64,000 bases of DNA from Lepidodermella squamata (taxonomy: Eukaryota; Animalia; Gastrotricha), in contig JBLDXI010000042.1 in the NCBI GenBank assembly GCA_047495785.1, positions 4,588,001 to 4,652,000 of the forward strand, given 5' to 3'. Shown piece after piece: positions 1-16,090 of this stretch (position 1 is its first letter; the number at the start of each line of letters is the position of its first letter). Below the pieces are notes generated by a model. That model ran no database searches. It had not been told where the DNA came from and saw only the letters and a list, made by a program, of their open reading frames with translations. The position numbers and the translations under genes were made by a program.

Positions 1-3600
<3,600 letters not shown>

Positions 3601-6315
3601 ATTCGATTCGACCCACAATCAAATAATGTCGATCATCTCATTTAATTTATCAATTGCTAAATGAATAATAATAATTCGCTGAAGATGAAGTCATATTGTT
3701 TCTAGGTACTGAATATTTGCATGCCGATGATTCAAGTTCACGAGAAAACTTTCACCTGTAACTAATGGGTTGAATAAATAGCAATAGTTCCAAGGTGGAA
3801 AGTGAGGAGACGAGCGATGGATGAAAGCTCGGCCAAACCAAGCCTCCTGTACGCCTTGAGCCACTTGAATGGTTATAAAATATGGATTATGTATATCGTC
3901 AGTCAAGTCGTTTTATATGACGTATGGCCAAAACGCGCAGCCAAGATTGTCTTGCATATTCACGCAGTGTTATCGAGACTTTCAAATAGCATTAGTCTTA
4001 GCTATCGACATAGCATATAGCACCATTTGAGAGCCGACATTACCAAGAACAAAAAAATAGGATGTGAAGTTTAACGACATACGACACATTTTGATGGTTA
4101 GTTGAAGCAATTGAGTACCTAGTTCTGGAGTAGACAAAATCAGGGGTGGAAATAAATGTGTAGCTCGGGAATGCACGATACTTCAAATTAAAATCATTAC
4201 CACTAAAATCGACTTTTGTCGCCCTATTAAACCAGACAATAGGTATGGCTGTGGACGCATCCATCTGAGAAAGCTAAGCAGCTCAATAACCTGGCTAACC
4301 TGAGTTTTAAATATTTTAATGTAAGACTGGTTATCTTTCGCAATCACACATCATTTTTTAATGACAATAAGGCTTCTGAGAGATTTTGTAGCTGGTAGAA
4401 CGCGTATTTCCGATCATTGTGACCCTAAACTCTGAGCAGTCAGGCGCAAAACGCTGAAATGATCGCTGTTAGGGGATAAATAGATGGATGTCTAACCATG
4501 CCATAATTTTGGTGGTTTAACACGGCCAAAGCTAAACAGAAGCATCCTGCCACTGACGATTCGGTTTTAGATGCAGAGATGGCACAGCAGAATGAAAAGA
4601 TTATAAAAATGAATAACGCTATGATCTATTTCGTCCGACTTGGGTCTTAATCTGGTCTTCAGTCTCCTGTCTTCAGGGGGCTGCAACGTTCGTCGGCCAG
4701 GACGCTTTTTTGCCAATTTTATAAATTTATATTTAAAATTATATATTTGTCTTTTATTAATAAAATAATTTTCTCAATTAAATGTCTGTCAAAACCTATT
4801 TGGAGAGAAACCGCGCTAAATACGAGTCACGTTGACAGAGCGTCCGTGGCGACAGAGACCCTGAGGTTGCCCAGGTATGAGGGCTGAGCAAGCAGTTGCG
4901 ACAGAAACCGAAGGCGTCGGGCTCCTCCGAGTGATCTTGCTTACTTCTTTGAACCTCATTAAATGCACCATACACTATTGTTACTGTCCATCGATCCACG
5001 ATCTCTTGATCAGGCCACTTCCGTCCAATATTACGTCGGAAGCATTATTTGATTTTCGTTTGGCTGGTTAGAATCTCGGTTTCAATATCCTCACCTCATT
5101 TTCCCTAATTATTCTGTTGCCATGATCAACGCCTCATGAAACGCTTTCCCTTTGGCCTTTGCTGCGATTCACAAGTAATGTCTCTCTACCGCGTACCACT
5201 CTGCCACTTTACCACTACCATCACTACCACCACTACTTACTGTTATTACTACGAATTCGAATGAAAGCCGACTAGCCATTCTCTTCCCTTTCTTTCTGCC
5301 TGTGAAGTTTACCTGTATCTGCATTAGCTGAGTCAATCCAAATATACCACACTCGAATAATCGCCGCACATTTCACCCACTTTTCTAAGAACATTGTGAA
5401 TTGACCGATACGCGGCCTTTTTACTGATAACGGCGAACGCTGTATAAATGTCTTGCCGCGTTAGTTTTAGGGTATTTCGTCAAACGTGGAGAGATCCTTT
5501 TTTGTGAACTAAGTTTTAATGTGACGTGACAGGACATCAGATTTAAAAAAAAATTAAACTTAAACGCAGGGGAAAACGTTTGCTTAGAATTTTCCGCAAA
5601 ATACTACTCGAAAATGATGATCTCTATCCCCTGACATATTCTTCGGGACACGTAGCATTTAGCCCCTTGTCCTGTAGCTTTGATGTGAGCTCACTATCAC
5701 ATTTAACCTGAAAGAGAGGATCCGCTGTTACAAATTCGAAGCGCTGGCATTGAACATTTAGCTGGTCGATAATCTTAGCATCCATCTCTAAAACATCTTA
5801 TCCCGGTGAGAAAACCGAAAAAGCTCTCATACCGTCCGCTCGATTTTATTTCATTGATGCTCTATCTTTAGGCGAAATTTAATAGGTTTCCACGGAACGA
5901 AACTCTCACAGACAGTCAGGAAAATTTAATCATAGAGTTGCAGCCACGCTGAGGAGTGTCGCGGTTTCAATATCAATCAAATTGACCTGTTAATTCAAGA
6001 GAACTTTTTGCATCGCAAAACCATGTTTCACGGTTCCATACAAATATATGCCTTATTATCATAGAGAAATATAATTTCGCTGTCATTCATTGTTTATACA
6101 GATATTTATAATTGGAATTAGGATAAATCTACAAAGCCACTCTACGACAATACAACACGTGAGACTGAAAATTTTGCCATTCGCTCATAAGAATAATTAG
6201 GTAATTGTTTGTACAATTTATCAGAAATAATCGCTGAAATGCGGCACAACATCAATGGATTTAAATAGTGCGTGCGAGGGATCGAGTCACCATCAGAAGC
6301 ACTCATAACGACACA

Positions 6316-9300
6316 CTAGTGAGTTTTGACTAACAAAGATGGCGTTTGATGGCCATTACTGCCTTTTATCCGCCTAGTTCCTGTTCCGCCATTACCGACA
6401 AGAACAGGACCGACGAGGCGATGCTTGTTGTTGAAATCCGTCAGTAGTACGCTGATGTAGGACGTGATCAAATCATCCATTTTGTAGCCCAAATTAGTTT
6501 CAAACAACAACTTGGCACCACGAAGTAAGCTGCCAACTGTCATGTGGAAGTAAGTAGCGCCCGACGACCAGTTTGTAATGACATTGAACGGATGCGTTCT
6601 AATGACTTCTTTCGTCCTAGGATGCAGCAGAGCTACTCCACTTCGGCTGATGGCGACGATGATGGCCTCAGGTAAACTTGGCTCCAAAGACTGGCGAACT
6701 TCGAAGAACGCCGATCCAAATGTTGGCAAGCGGTGGAGGTGTTTCAAGAACTCGACTTTGGCCTCAGGTGCTGTCATGTTTGCCATTGACGTGTAATACC
6801 CGATTATAGCCTAGAAGGACACAAAATTGACCAGAATAAAAATAATTATAAGTGGGATTTACCTGTTTCCATTCTGTTGGTTTGCGTTGACCAGACAACG
6901 CATCAGGCGGAATTAGATCTCGCAAAAACTGCGGAATCATAGCCAGATAAGAACGGTCATCGCCATAGGTTGAAATGTAGACCAAAGCCGCTAATTTAGC
7001 ACATTCGTCATCCGACAGCCGGTGGTATCCCCTCAGGTACTTGCTCAGTTCTTGAGGGTAGTGGAATACAACATCAGCGTTCACATCACTGCCTGGCGTG
7101 ACGTTGGTCCACAGTTTTCGCATAAAGAAAACTTGGTATTGCCTCAGAATAGCCGAAGTATTTTCAGCTGAGTTTGTCGCAGTTTGCGACTTCCCAATAG
7201 TTCCAACGAGGATGCCATTCTTCCGCATCAAATCAGTGAGATGGCGGATAAAGTCGAAGAAAAAGTCGGCCTCTGGCACGCTAACAACTTTATCGCCAAG
7301 TTTCACGAACAGCGAGAATCCATCGACCGATCTGAGGTTCAGTCTCTTGGCAATCACAACGCATAGATCACGAGCTCGAGTAGTAGATTCGATTTCGTAG
7401 TTGTCACTGTTGCCGTCTGGGAAGTAGACGCGGTGCATGATTTGCAGCTGTCTCAACTGAACAGCCTCAACCTCAACTTCATGCGGGGCTGATTTTCGAT
7501 TGCCATGCCGTAGAGTTTTATGGATTCTGTTGAAACAATCTAGCGAAAGACACGTTGCCTTGTTATCTGGGGCATAGCTGGTTTTGAAGAAAGCGAGAAC
7601 CTCGCGGAACAAGGCCTGAGACGGAACCATGAGACCACTGGCTAGCCACAGGAGTTGCCAATATCTCTCAAGGGTGTTGATATTTCGGTTATCTGTCGCC
7701 TGTTTTATCAACTGGCAATAGACCTCGTCAACTAAAGCTTCATTGTTGAGGGCTGGTTGGAAGATAGCATCGGTTAGATCGGTACTCGCAAGGAGAGAAG
7801 CAGCGAATTTGCTAGAAGCCGACGAAACAACTCCACGCATTTTCGCTACGACGAATGAACTACCGGACGAAGAAGCATCACCTGCATACTTCATCATTGC
7901 AGAGAAAACCTCAACTGCTTGTTGGGCTAGTTCAGAGTGGCCGTCAAGTTTTGCCAACAACGGGGCTTTGATCGGATCTTTCGAGTGCCGCCATAACGAT
8001 GAATCAGGACCTGAATTCGCCGTTGAGGATTTATTCGACCGCGAGAGGGTTCCGCGTTTCAAAGTGTTTGTCGTAACGTTTGATGACACGCGGAAGTTGC
8101 CCTGGGCAAACTTCTCCAAAGTATGAGCCCTACCTATGACATCCGATAGCTCGACCCCCGTCTTCGACGGAGATTCAGCGAAAACCTGGCTATTTTCGTT
8201 CTGAACTTGATTCGGCTGGGCTTGACCTTGCTGCTCATCGTTACTTGCGACGAAGTTCTCGAAAACTTTCATGATCTCATCCGAAGGTTCTATTAGGGTT
8301 GGTAGAATGTGAACAAGTTCAACAGGGAAAACTCCCAATCGTTGCGTTCGACGATTCGCGCCAACGGCCCAGGTTCGATTTTGAACTGTCTCGCCGCAAT
8401 CATTCGACTGAAGAGCTATTAAATCACCAGCTCTGAAGGCTAGCTGTGGCTGAGGTTTCGGCTTCTCCATCGTCGTCGAGGCTGTAGCGACAGGCGACAT
8501 CATAACTTGAGCGTCATTGGCTGGCGTGAAATCTGCGAGGGCTAGTACGTACTTCGACCTCCGTTTCAGTCCATCCAAGAACTGAAGGATGAGCTGGCAA
8601 ACGTCCTCGGCATTAGCTGATGTGAAGCTGTACGAGTGATTTGTAACCGATGAAATGTTGATAGTTTGCCCGTGGATCTTGCCAGTTTGAGAGCATGATA
8701 CTGCCATGATCTCGGGGAAACTCAACTCAACCAAAACTTGCTCCTGGTCATCAATGACGTAGACTCCAGTCCAATTTACAGCTAGGATGACTTCATTTTT
8801 CGGCAAGCTAGGCCCAGCTAGACGATAAGCCTCGTAGAATCGTGAGAAAAGAAGCGGCCATTTGTATCTGGCGTAGTTCACGATGTCCTGGCGAACTTGA
8901 TCGGGCGAGGCTCTTTCGCGGTAGAAGTAACTTCGTTGATAAGCAGCAGCTGCCGCTTGGGCCCAAACTGATTGGGCCCGTTTTGAAGCCGCGAGATTCG
9001 AGTCAGGGATGTAGTTCGAGATAAGTTGGTGCAATCGCATAGGATTGAAGTCTTCAACAGAGCCGTATTCGATGTAGTACTGCTGAGCAGCCAACATCGC
9101 CAAATCAGCCTCTCGATCACATCGATATTCACCGAATTTAACTCCTCGAACGATTTGCTGGTAAATCAAGTTGGTAGCGACAGCATCGTCGAGCGGGTTA
9201 TGCCATGGGGTGAATATTTCTTTGCGGAAGAACAATCGCCAAGGTGCTGTTCTTTCTTGGGCACCTTGCTCCTTGGCGTACTGCTCACACTGTGACACAG

Positions 9301-12300
9301 CATCGAAAATGTGGTCCGAACCCGAGCCCAATGACGAAACTTTGTCGAAGAGGGTGACGTATAGCGAGAAGCCAAAACGATCTTGTAGATTGATCTTATC
9401 AGCCAGCTGATCGCAAACTTCGCGAGCTGTCGAAGCCGAGTCGACAACGGCACTTCGAGTCGAGCCATCCATGAAAGTTACCGGAACAGCGATGGGTCGT
9501 CGAGTTTTGGTAGCCTGCAGTTCAATCCATGACGGCGGTTGAGATCTCGCACCATTCGCAGAGGTTCGCTCCATTCGCTCGATGCAATACCTCGCGAATG
9601 AAACAGGGGCCTGAGTGGCGATGAAATTCCGTAAATACGGCATCAGAGTTTCGCTTGGTGGGAAGCAGCCAAGGCAGAGGGAGATCAGAATCCAGCCTCG
9701 AGCGACAGAGCCACGGTTCGGGTTATCAATCAATTGCTTGCAGATTTGGCAATAGATTTCGTCCCGAAGATCTGGGCGTAGAATGCCGTTGCCGATGATG
9801 AAATGCAATTTGTCCAAGTTCGAAGTTGGCCTGTCATCAGGTAGCAACTTATCAGCTCCGAGAAGGTCTCCACTTTGTTGTTGTTGCTGCTCCTGAGCTA
9901 AGCGGTTCGAAACTTCCGAAGGAACCTTTGATTTTCGCTTCAGTGTGAGAGAAACCAGCTTTTTCCTGACCGTTTTCTTGAAGCTGTGGGAGCTATCTGG
10001 CCTTCCGCCTGTCGACGAGGACGAGGATGTGGTTGACGAAGGGGTTAGTTGAGATGCCTCCATGTGGTTTGGGCTATTCTGCCCATTGATACTCAGCCCA
10101 CTTTGAGCGGCCAATGATCGCTCAAGGTTCATCGAAAGCCGCTCAGCAGCAGATTCTACATCGTGCCTCGAGTAACGCCGACCCAAGGTCGAGTAGATCT
10201 TGGCCATAACTGGAGTTGTGTCAACAGCTAGGGGTGAAGTAGGCCGATTAGAACTAGCTGTTTGCGCGTGATGACTTCTCGAAGATTTCGAGTGGGTTTC
10301 CTGAACAGGTGGGTTCCATCTCGGCTCAGGCAAGTCACCCATAAAACGCAAAATTGTTATCCAAACTGTTAAAGCAGCCAATTGGTCAGCCTCTGAGGAC
10401 AAAGCTAGAAGAGGCTGTTTCAACGCTTTTCTTTGGAAAACATGAGACGAGTGTCCCTATTATTAGAAAATGTGAAATTGAGGCAACCAAGTGGGCGAAA
10501 TTTCTTACGTGGAAATACAACGCAGCAAATTTGGCGAAAGTATACTGCGAATTGTAGTCAGCCTGGTCTTGTCGGGTCCTACCGCCGCTGGTCGGAGTTG
10601 AAGGTGAAGATGCACCTGACGTAGGCGAGTTCGAAGCAGCTGCTCCTTTGCCCTTGCGAACAGAGCTTTGAGGGCCATCCGAGTGACCGCTGTCATCGCA
10701 AAACGAAGACGTTGACGATAGCGAAAGAGACTGCCTGTATCAGAAATAAATAGCAGGAAAATGCATCAGGACAATCAGGACAAACAAGCGAGAAATTTGT
10801 CGTTAACATCTAAATTTATTGCTTTGGAAGAGACAAGATGACATAAAATTTAAAATAAATCGCATTTTGGCAACTGCGCACTCGGATTCATTCACAAGTA
10901 GACTAGACATCGAAAATATCAAGAGAAAGCACCGCTCTGACCTCTTTTAGTGGGATTCATTTTGGGATCAAATTGAATCTAACCCCTTCCGTTTTGATTT
11001 TTGTTCGCACCAATGACCGTTGAAAATGTAAACCGTGCGAAGCGAGTGGTTCAAAGCGGTGTTTTTTCGAATAAGAAAAAAGAAATAGGGCAGAATTGAG
11101 ACTCAAAAACAGATCTATTCGATAAACATACCCATCAACCATGAGCCTTTAAAAGGAAGCGTACAGTTTTATATGAATAGGTCTCAACATCACGGGAATT
11201 TTGAAGAAAAAGGGGCAGCCCTTAACCAAGAACTATCAGTTCACATTTTCGGGTCATTTTTAATGTCTTCCTTCGAAGCTATCGACGATCGTTGTGAAAG
11301 AGCCGGCGACGGTGGTCGAGACATAAACCCACCCAAGAGCTTAGCAACCCCGTCTTGAAAGCTCTTTATAGGCGCCGGAACGTGGTCCATTATCCTACGT
11401 TACAGGGATGTTTCTTTTATAGCCTATGCTCAACATGCTGATGTTGGGGTTATAAGGGATCTCCTGATAGTTCGTACTCTAACAACAGGCTAAACAACGT
11501 GATAGTGTTTGCTACCTTAAACATTTGAAAAACTAGCGACTTACTTATCAACAAATCCGAACAGCTCGTCGACCAGTTTTGAGTGGTCAACTGCAGAATC
11601 GGGGTTAACATTGTTTGAGATCGAAGCTATCGGTTTGCCGCTGCGTTGAGCTTTGAGTAGCGCCTCTTGCTCCTCGGCGATTCTTGTGTGCATTGTCGCA
11701 AGTCGTTGGAGGTAGAAAGCTTCGGCCTGTTCCCGCGCCTTTTTCGGGTTGCCCGGGTTCGCGCGACGAAGTTGAGCTTCCACCCGTTTGAACTCTTCAT
11801 TCACTTCCTTCTTGAGTCTGTCTTCAATTTGGAGACGAAGGTACCGCCGCCGGGCAAGAAACATTCGAACGACTGATTGAATTTTAACAGCAGCTGTTTG
11901 ACGCGAGTGGAAGGCCTTCCTTACAAGATGGCCACGGCCAACTCGTTGCAGCTGGACTATGAATTGCCGAATAACAGCAAACCGCATGGCTAAGAGGCGA
12001 GATCGAATCAGAGCTTGAAGGCGGGAGGCGCCTAGTTTCACGCGTAAATAGCGACGGCGAGTTGCGAAACTGCGCCAAGCTGTTTGAATTCGAACGGCAG
12101 CGTGGCGCATTTTTTGATAGCGTTTCCGTGCCAAAAAGCCTCGAACATGGCGTTGAATGGTCACGACCCGTGAAACAAGAGCTCGCTCCAAGGCAGATTC
12201 CAACATGGCGTCGTGGTTGAGTTTAAGAAAGACCTAGAAAACGAGAGTAATTATTCATGGAATCTTTGATATCTTTAAACAATCATACCTTAGTTTTGCC

Positions 12301-14745
12301 GATTTGAAAGTCCTCGCCTTTGAGCACCCTCTCGCAGATGACGACAGAGGCAGCTCGGAAATCGCTGATTTTTGAAACAATAGGCAGTGCTCGAGCAGTT
12401 TTTCCATGGCCAACCATTCCCAGCAGCCGATATCGTTCAACAAAGCTGTAAAAACTGTGCCGAATCGGGTAACCAGCTCGACGAATGCGAATTGTCTCCA
12501 TCATGCCGGAATAGCGAAGTTGACGAAGAATGAGATCACGCTCGAAAACGAGGGGTTTCTTCAAATCGTTTGGTTTGATGCACCGAACGAAAAAAGGATG
12601 GCACGCATTGAGCTGCGTCATCAACTGCTCCAACGAGCGGCGGAATTGAACCACCAAGGTCGGGGCCCGTTTTCGGGTCTCATTATTAGCGGCTTGAACG
12701 TCGCCATGGAAAATAGCTCGGATGAAATTGTTGCGAGAATCTCCGATGACACTCATCAAATCTGCGCTGAATGAATCCTTATTCTTCTCCAGAAAACCTC
12801 GAACATTATAGAAGACTGGCCCAGCGAAGTGTTGAATTCCAAACCCTAAAGTCGCTGTTGATCTAGCTCGGATAAAATGCCGATTTTTGCCATGATTCGC
12901 GACAAGTTTATGGAGAAGACTTTCGTCACTTCCCTTTGGAAAGCGGCTCTCCTCATCAACAAGAGAAATTACTGATAACGGACTTTGTCCGATTAACTCA
13001 AGCGTATCGGCGTTATCAACGAAATCTATTCTATGCCATGAGATCGATTCATCTTGATACGCGGATTGTTCCAATTTGAACACGTGATGAATGAAAAATT
13101 GCTGCAGATTTTCATTTGCGAAGTTTATGCACAGCTGTTCGAACGAATTTTGATCTCCGAAAGTTTCGAAGCCGAAAATATCGAGAACGCCAATGGAGCG
13201 AGACGTCGAACTTGCAGCTGATGAAGTCCCCGATCGCTTGTCGATTGCTGAGTTGATTTTATCGACAATCCAGCAAAATAAACGACCGTAGAGTCCTTTC
13301 ACAAAGGCATCCCGAACATCCTGTGAGAACTCTTTTGAGAGATTCGTTGTCACAGTCTCGCCTTGGGCGATGATGGTCCGAGTCGTTAGAGCTGTAACTA
13401 GTTCCCCAGCATCGACGCCCAATAACTGGCAAATTAACTGAAGACTCGCTGGGTCATCGATCGAGGCAACTTGCAAGTGGTCAACAATTCGTTCTTTGAA
13501 GTTCAAATTGCCGAGATGAAGGATAACAGCGAGGAGGCAGAAGATGGACCAAATCTCATCATCCGTGAACGACAAAACCTTCATAGCTGCTCGAATCTCC
13601 GCAAAATCTGCCCCGTCGTTCCTACACTCGCAAATCTCACTCCGACCACCTTTCGACAGGTAAACAAAGTCAGCGGGCTGGCTTCTCTTACCGACCAGAC
13701 CCAACTTGCGCCGTTCGGTTTCATTCATCCCAGCTAACATGCAGTAGAAGATATGGTAGTTCCTTTCGCCATTAGCATGTGTGACTAAGCGAGATTTTTC
13801 AAGGAGGTACTCCTCAATCCGAGCCCCCTCGATGATTCCGTTGTTAAACCTGATATCGATGTATTTACCAAAGCGGGATGAGTTGTCGTTCCTTATCGTC
13901 TTGGCATTGCCGAAGCCCTCGAGGATAGGGTTTGATTCCAGGATTTGCTGCTCAATCCAAGAATGTTGCCCTGAGACCGCTGCAAGAAACTGCAGGACTA
14001 ATTTTGTACTCTCTGTCTTCCCAGCTCCGGATTCGCCTGAAATCACAATGCATTGATCTTCTCTGGTCTTGCGAACGTTTTCATAAGCTGCGTTCGCAAT
14101 TGCAAAGATGTGAGGTGGGAGTGGGCTGTTGGCACCCAAAGCTGCTGCAGCGCCCTGCAGCCGGTAGTCCTGTATCTGTTTCGGAGTGTAGATCGGCAGT
14201 AACTGGTAGGGGTTAACCGCGACGAGGATTGACCCGGTGTACGTGTAGATCGTGCTAGACCTATAACGCTGATGCAGAGTCCGCAACATTCCACCCTCGT
14301 CTAGATCTCCCAGTAGAATCAGATCATCAACCCCGGCGATTGAGGTAGGGTGCATCAATCGAAGAACGGATGGGTCTCGAATGGCGTGTTCGTTACCATC
14401 GTCATCGATCAGGATCAACCCGCCAGCCGGGTCGAAGCGGTCGATGCGAGCTCCGATCATGATTGAGGGCACCTGAGCGGCTAGTGCGACTTGGGTGCTA
14501 GCATTGTGGCCGACGCTTTGAAAGCCGTTGTACGAGTGTTGGTTGTTGTGAAACGAATGTTCACTGTTGACGGATGAGAATCCCGAGCCAGGCCCGTGGC
14601 CATAGCTCTTACGCGACGGTGTTGATGAGGACGACGGCGACGAGGATGTGGATGAGCTCGACGAAGCGTGCGAGCCAGCAGCGGTTGGCGCCGACGAGCG
14701 GCGATGCTCAATCCACACATAGTCGCCTTTATTCAGGATTACCAT
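6316..14745 (-). CDS. MYO7A: Unconventional myosin VIIa (motor, IQ repeats, MyTH4-FERM, SH3, MyTH4-FERM), about 2536 aa
   Basis: Exons 14745-12289, 12233-11545, (11394-11245), 10734-10509, 10456-6863, 6810-6316. Motifs: MVIL.KGDYVW start, GESGAGKT P-loop, AVSGQHSWIEQQILE, NDNSSRFGK, IQxxxRGxxxR repeats, YTFAKFAALYF, LRDEIYCQICKQL, KVSSLGSGSDH, LLFETNLGYKMDDLITSYIS. Confidence 0.95.
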
Positions 14746-15977
14746 GGCTAGTAGTAGCTGGATCTAATTAAAGGCGACTTTCAACGGTAATAATTGCGGC
14801 AACAGGCCACAACTAATACGCATTTTGTAGAGGTGAAACTATTAAAGAAGCCGTTTTTTCGAGTTGCCGCCGCGAAAATTGTAAGGGTAATGTAGTTTTT
14901 CAATAATATTCAATTTTAAACGTCTACAAAAGGAAGTAATAACTATTGAAAACACGTGAAGTGTGTACAAAAAACAAAACAACACGCAGTGGTTGGTTTT
15001 GCCCGGTATTTTGATACCTCAAAATTTGGCTCCAGATGCGTGCTTGCGACATGTTTTTTAGCGCAAAGCGAAAAATTGCAAACAGGTATGTCCTCAGTGC
15101 CAAGTTAAGTTGCTATTTGTTGGTACTAGCTCGCAATTTATAATCACTAGAACTTCAGCTACCAACGTGGAACCAAAATTCGTAAATAAATTCTAGATTT
15201 GGGAGATTACCTAATACGTGGGTACCAAGTTGGTACCGAATGGCGAACATTTTAAAAAATTGTTGAAAATGAGGTAGTTTGTCACAGTGAGTATAAAAGG
15301 CGCCTCATGCTAATCAGCGCCATGGTACCAACTTGGTACCAATAACTGGCTGGGCTAATAATCAATTAAAATGCTATTAAGATGGCTCCTAACACTTCTA
15401 AACTTGCTTCAGGGCTGAAGGCTGAAAGTGCCTAAGGTACCAATAAGGTACCAACTTGGAACCGTCGATCTTCAACGAAAAAGTCAAGACGGTATCGTTT
15501 TACCAAAATAAGTAACAAGTGTATAGCAATTTTTTAATTCACTAAAATAAGCCCTTAAGGGAAAGTAGGACGTGTGACTCTGGGTGCCAATTTGGAACCG
15601 GTTGGAAATTTCGAGACACAGAAGCGTGGCTTAAGCGAGCGAGTCATCAGTATGCAGTCGAAAAATTGATACAAGTCTGATGACCGCGAGAGATACTGGG
15701 TACCTAAGAATGTATGTAATAAAATAGATATATCTTAATAATAATAACAATATAATATTGAGGTCATTATTAATATTTCGTGTCATGCAAGTGAAGAAAC
15801 GTCTGATGTATCGCCATTGTCATCAGGGTATTAAAAGCGAGCTTCCGCTGGTGCTTTGTTTACAGCGCGACACGGCGAGCGCGACAGGTAAGGTTCGAAT
15901 TAATGCATGTTATAGCTATAAATTCCGCATCGCGCATGTCTGGCGACTTGTTCTTTTCAGTGCACCAGTTGATGCTG

Positions 15978-16090
15978 ATACTACTGCTCTTACTACTGCT
16001 ACTACTACGACTACTACCAGTAAAAGGCCTAGTTTGTTGACGCTGTTGCTTCTGCTCGTCGTTGTTGTTGATGTTGTTGTTGTTGTTGTA
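15978..16090. repeat. Imperfect (CTA)n and (GTT)n microsatellites upstream of myosin VIIa
   Basis: ctactgctcttactactgctactactacgactact and gttgttgttgatgttgttgttgttgttg runs are seen directly. Confidence 0.7.
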
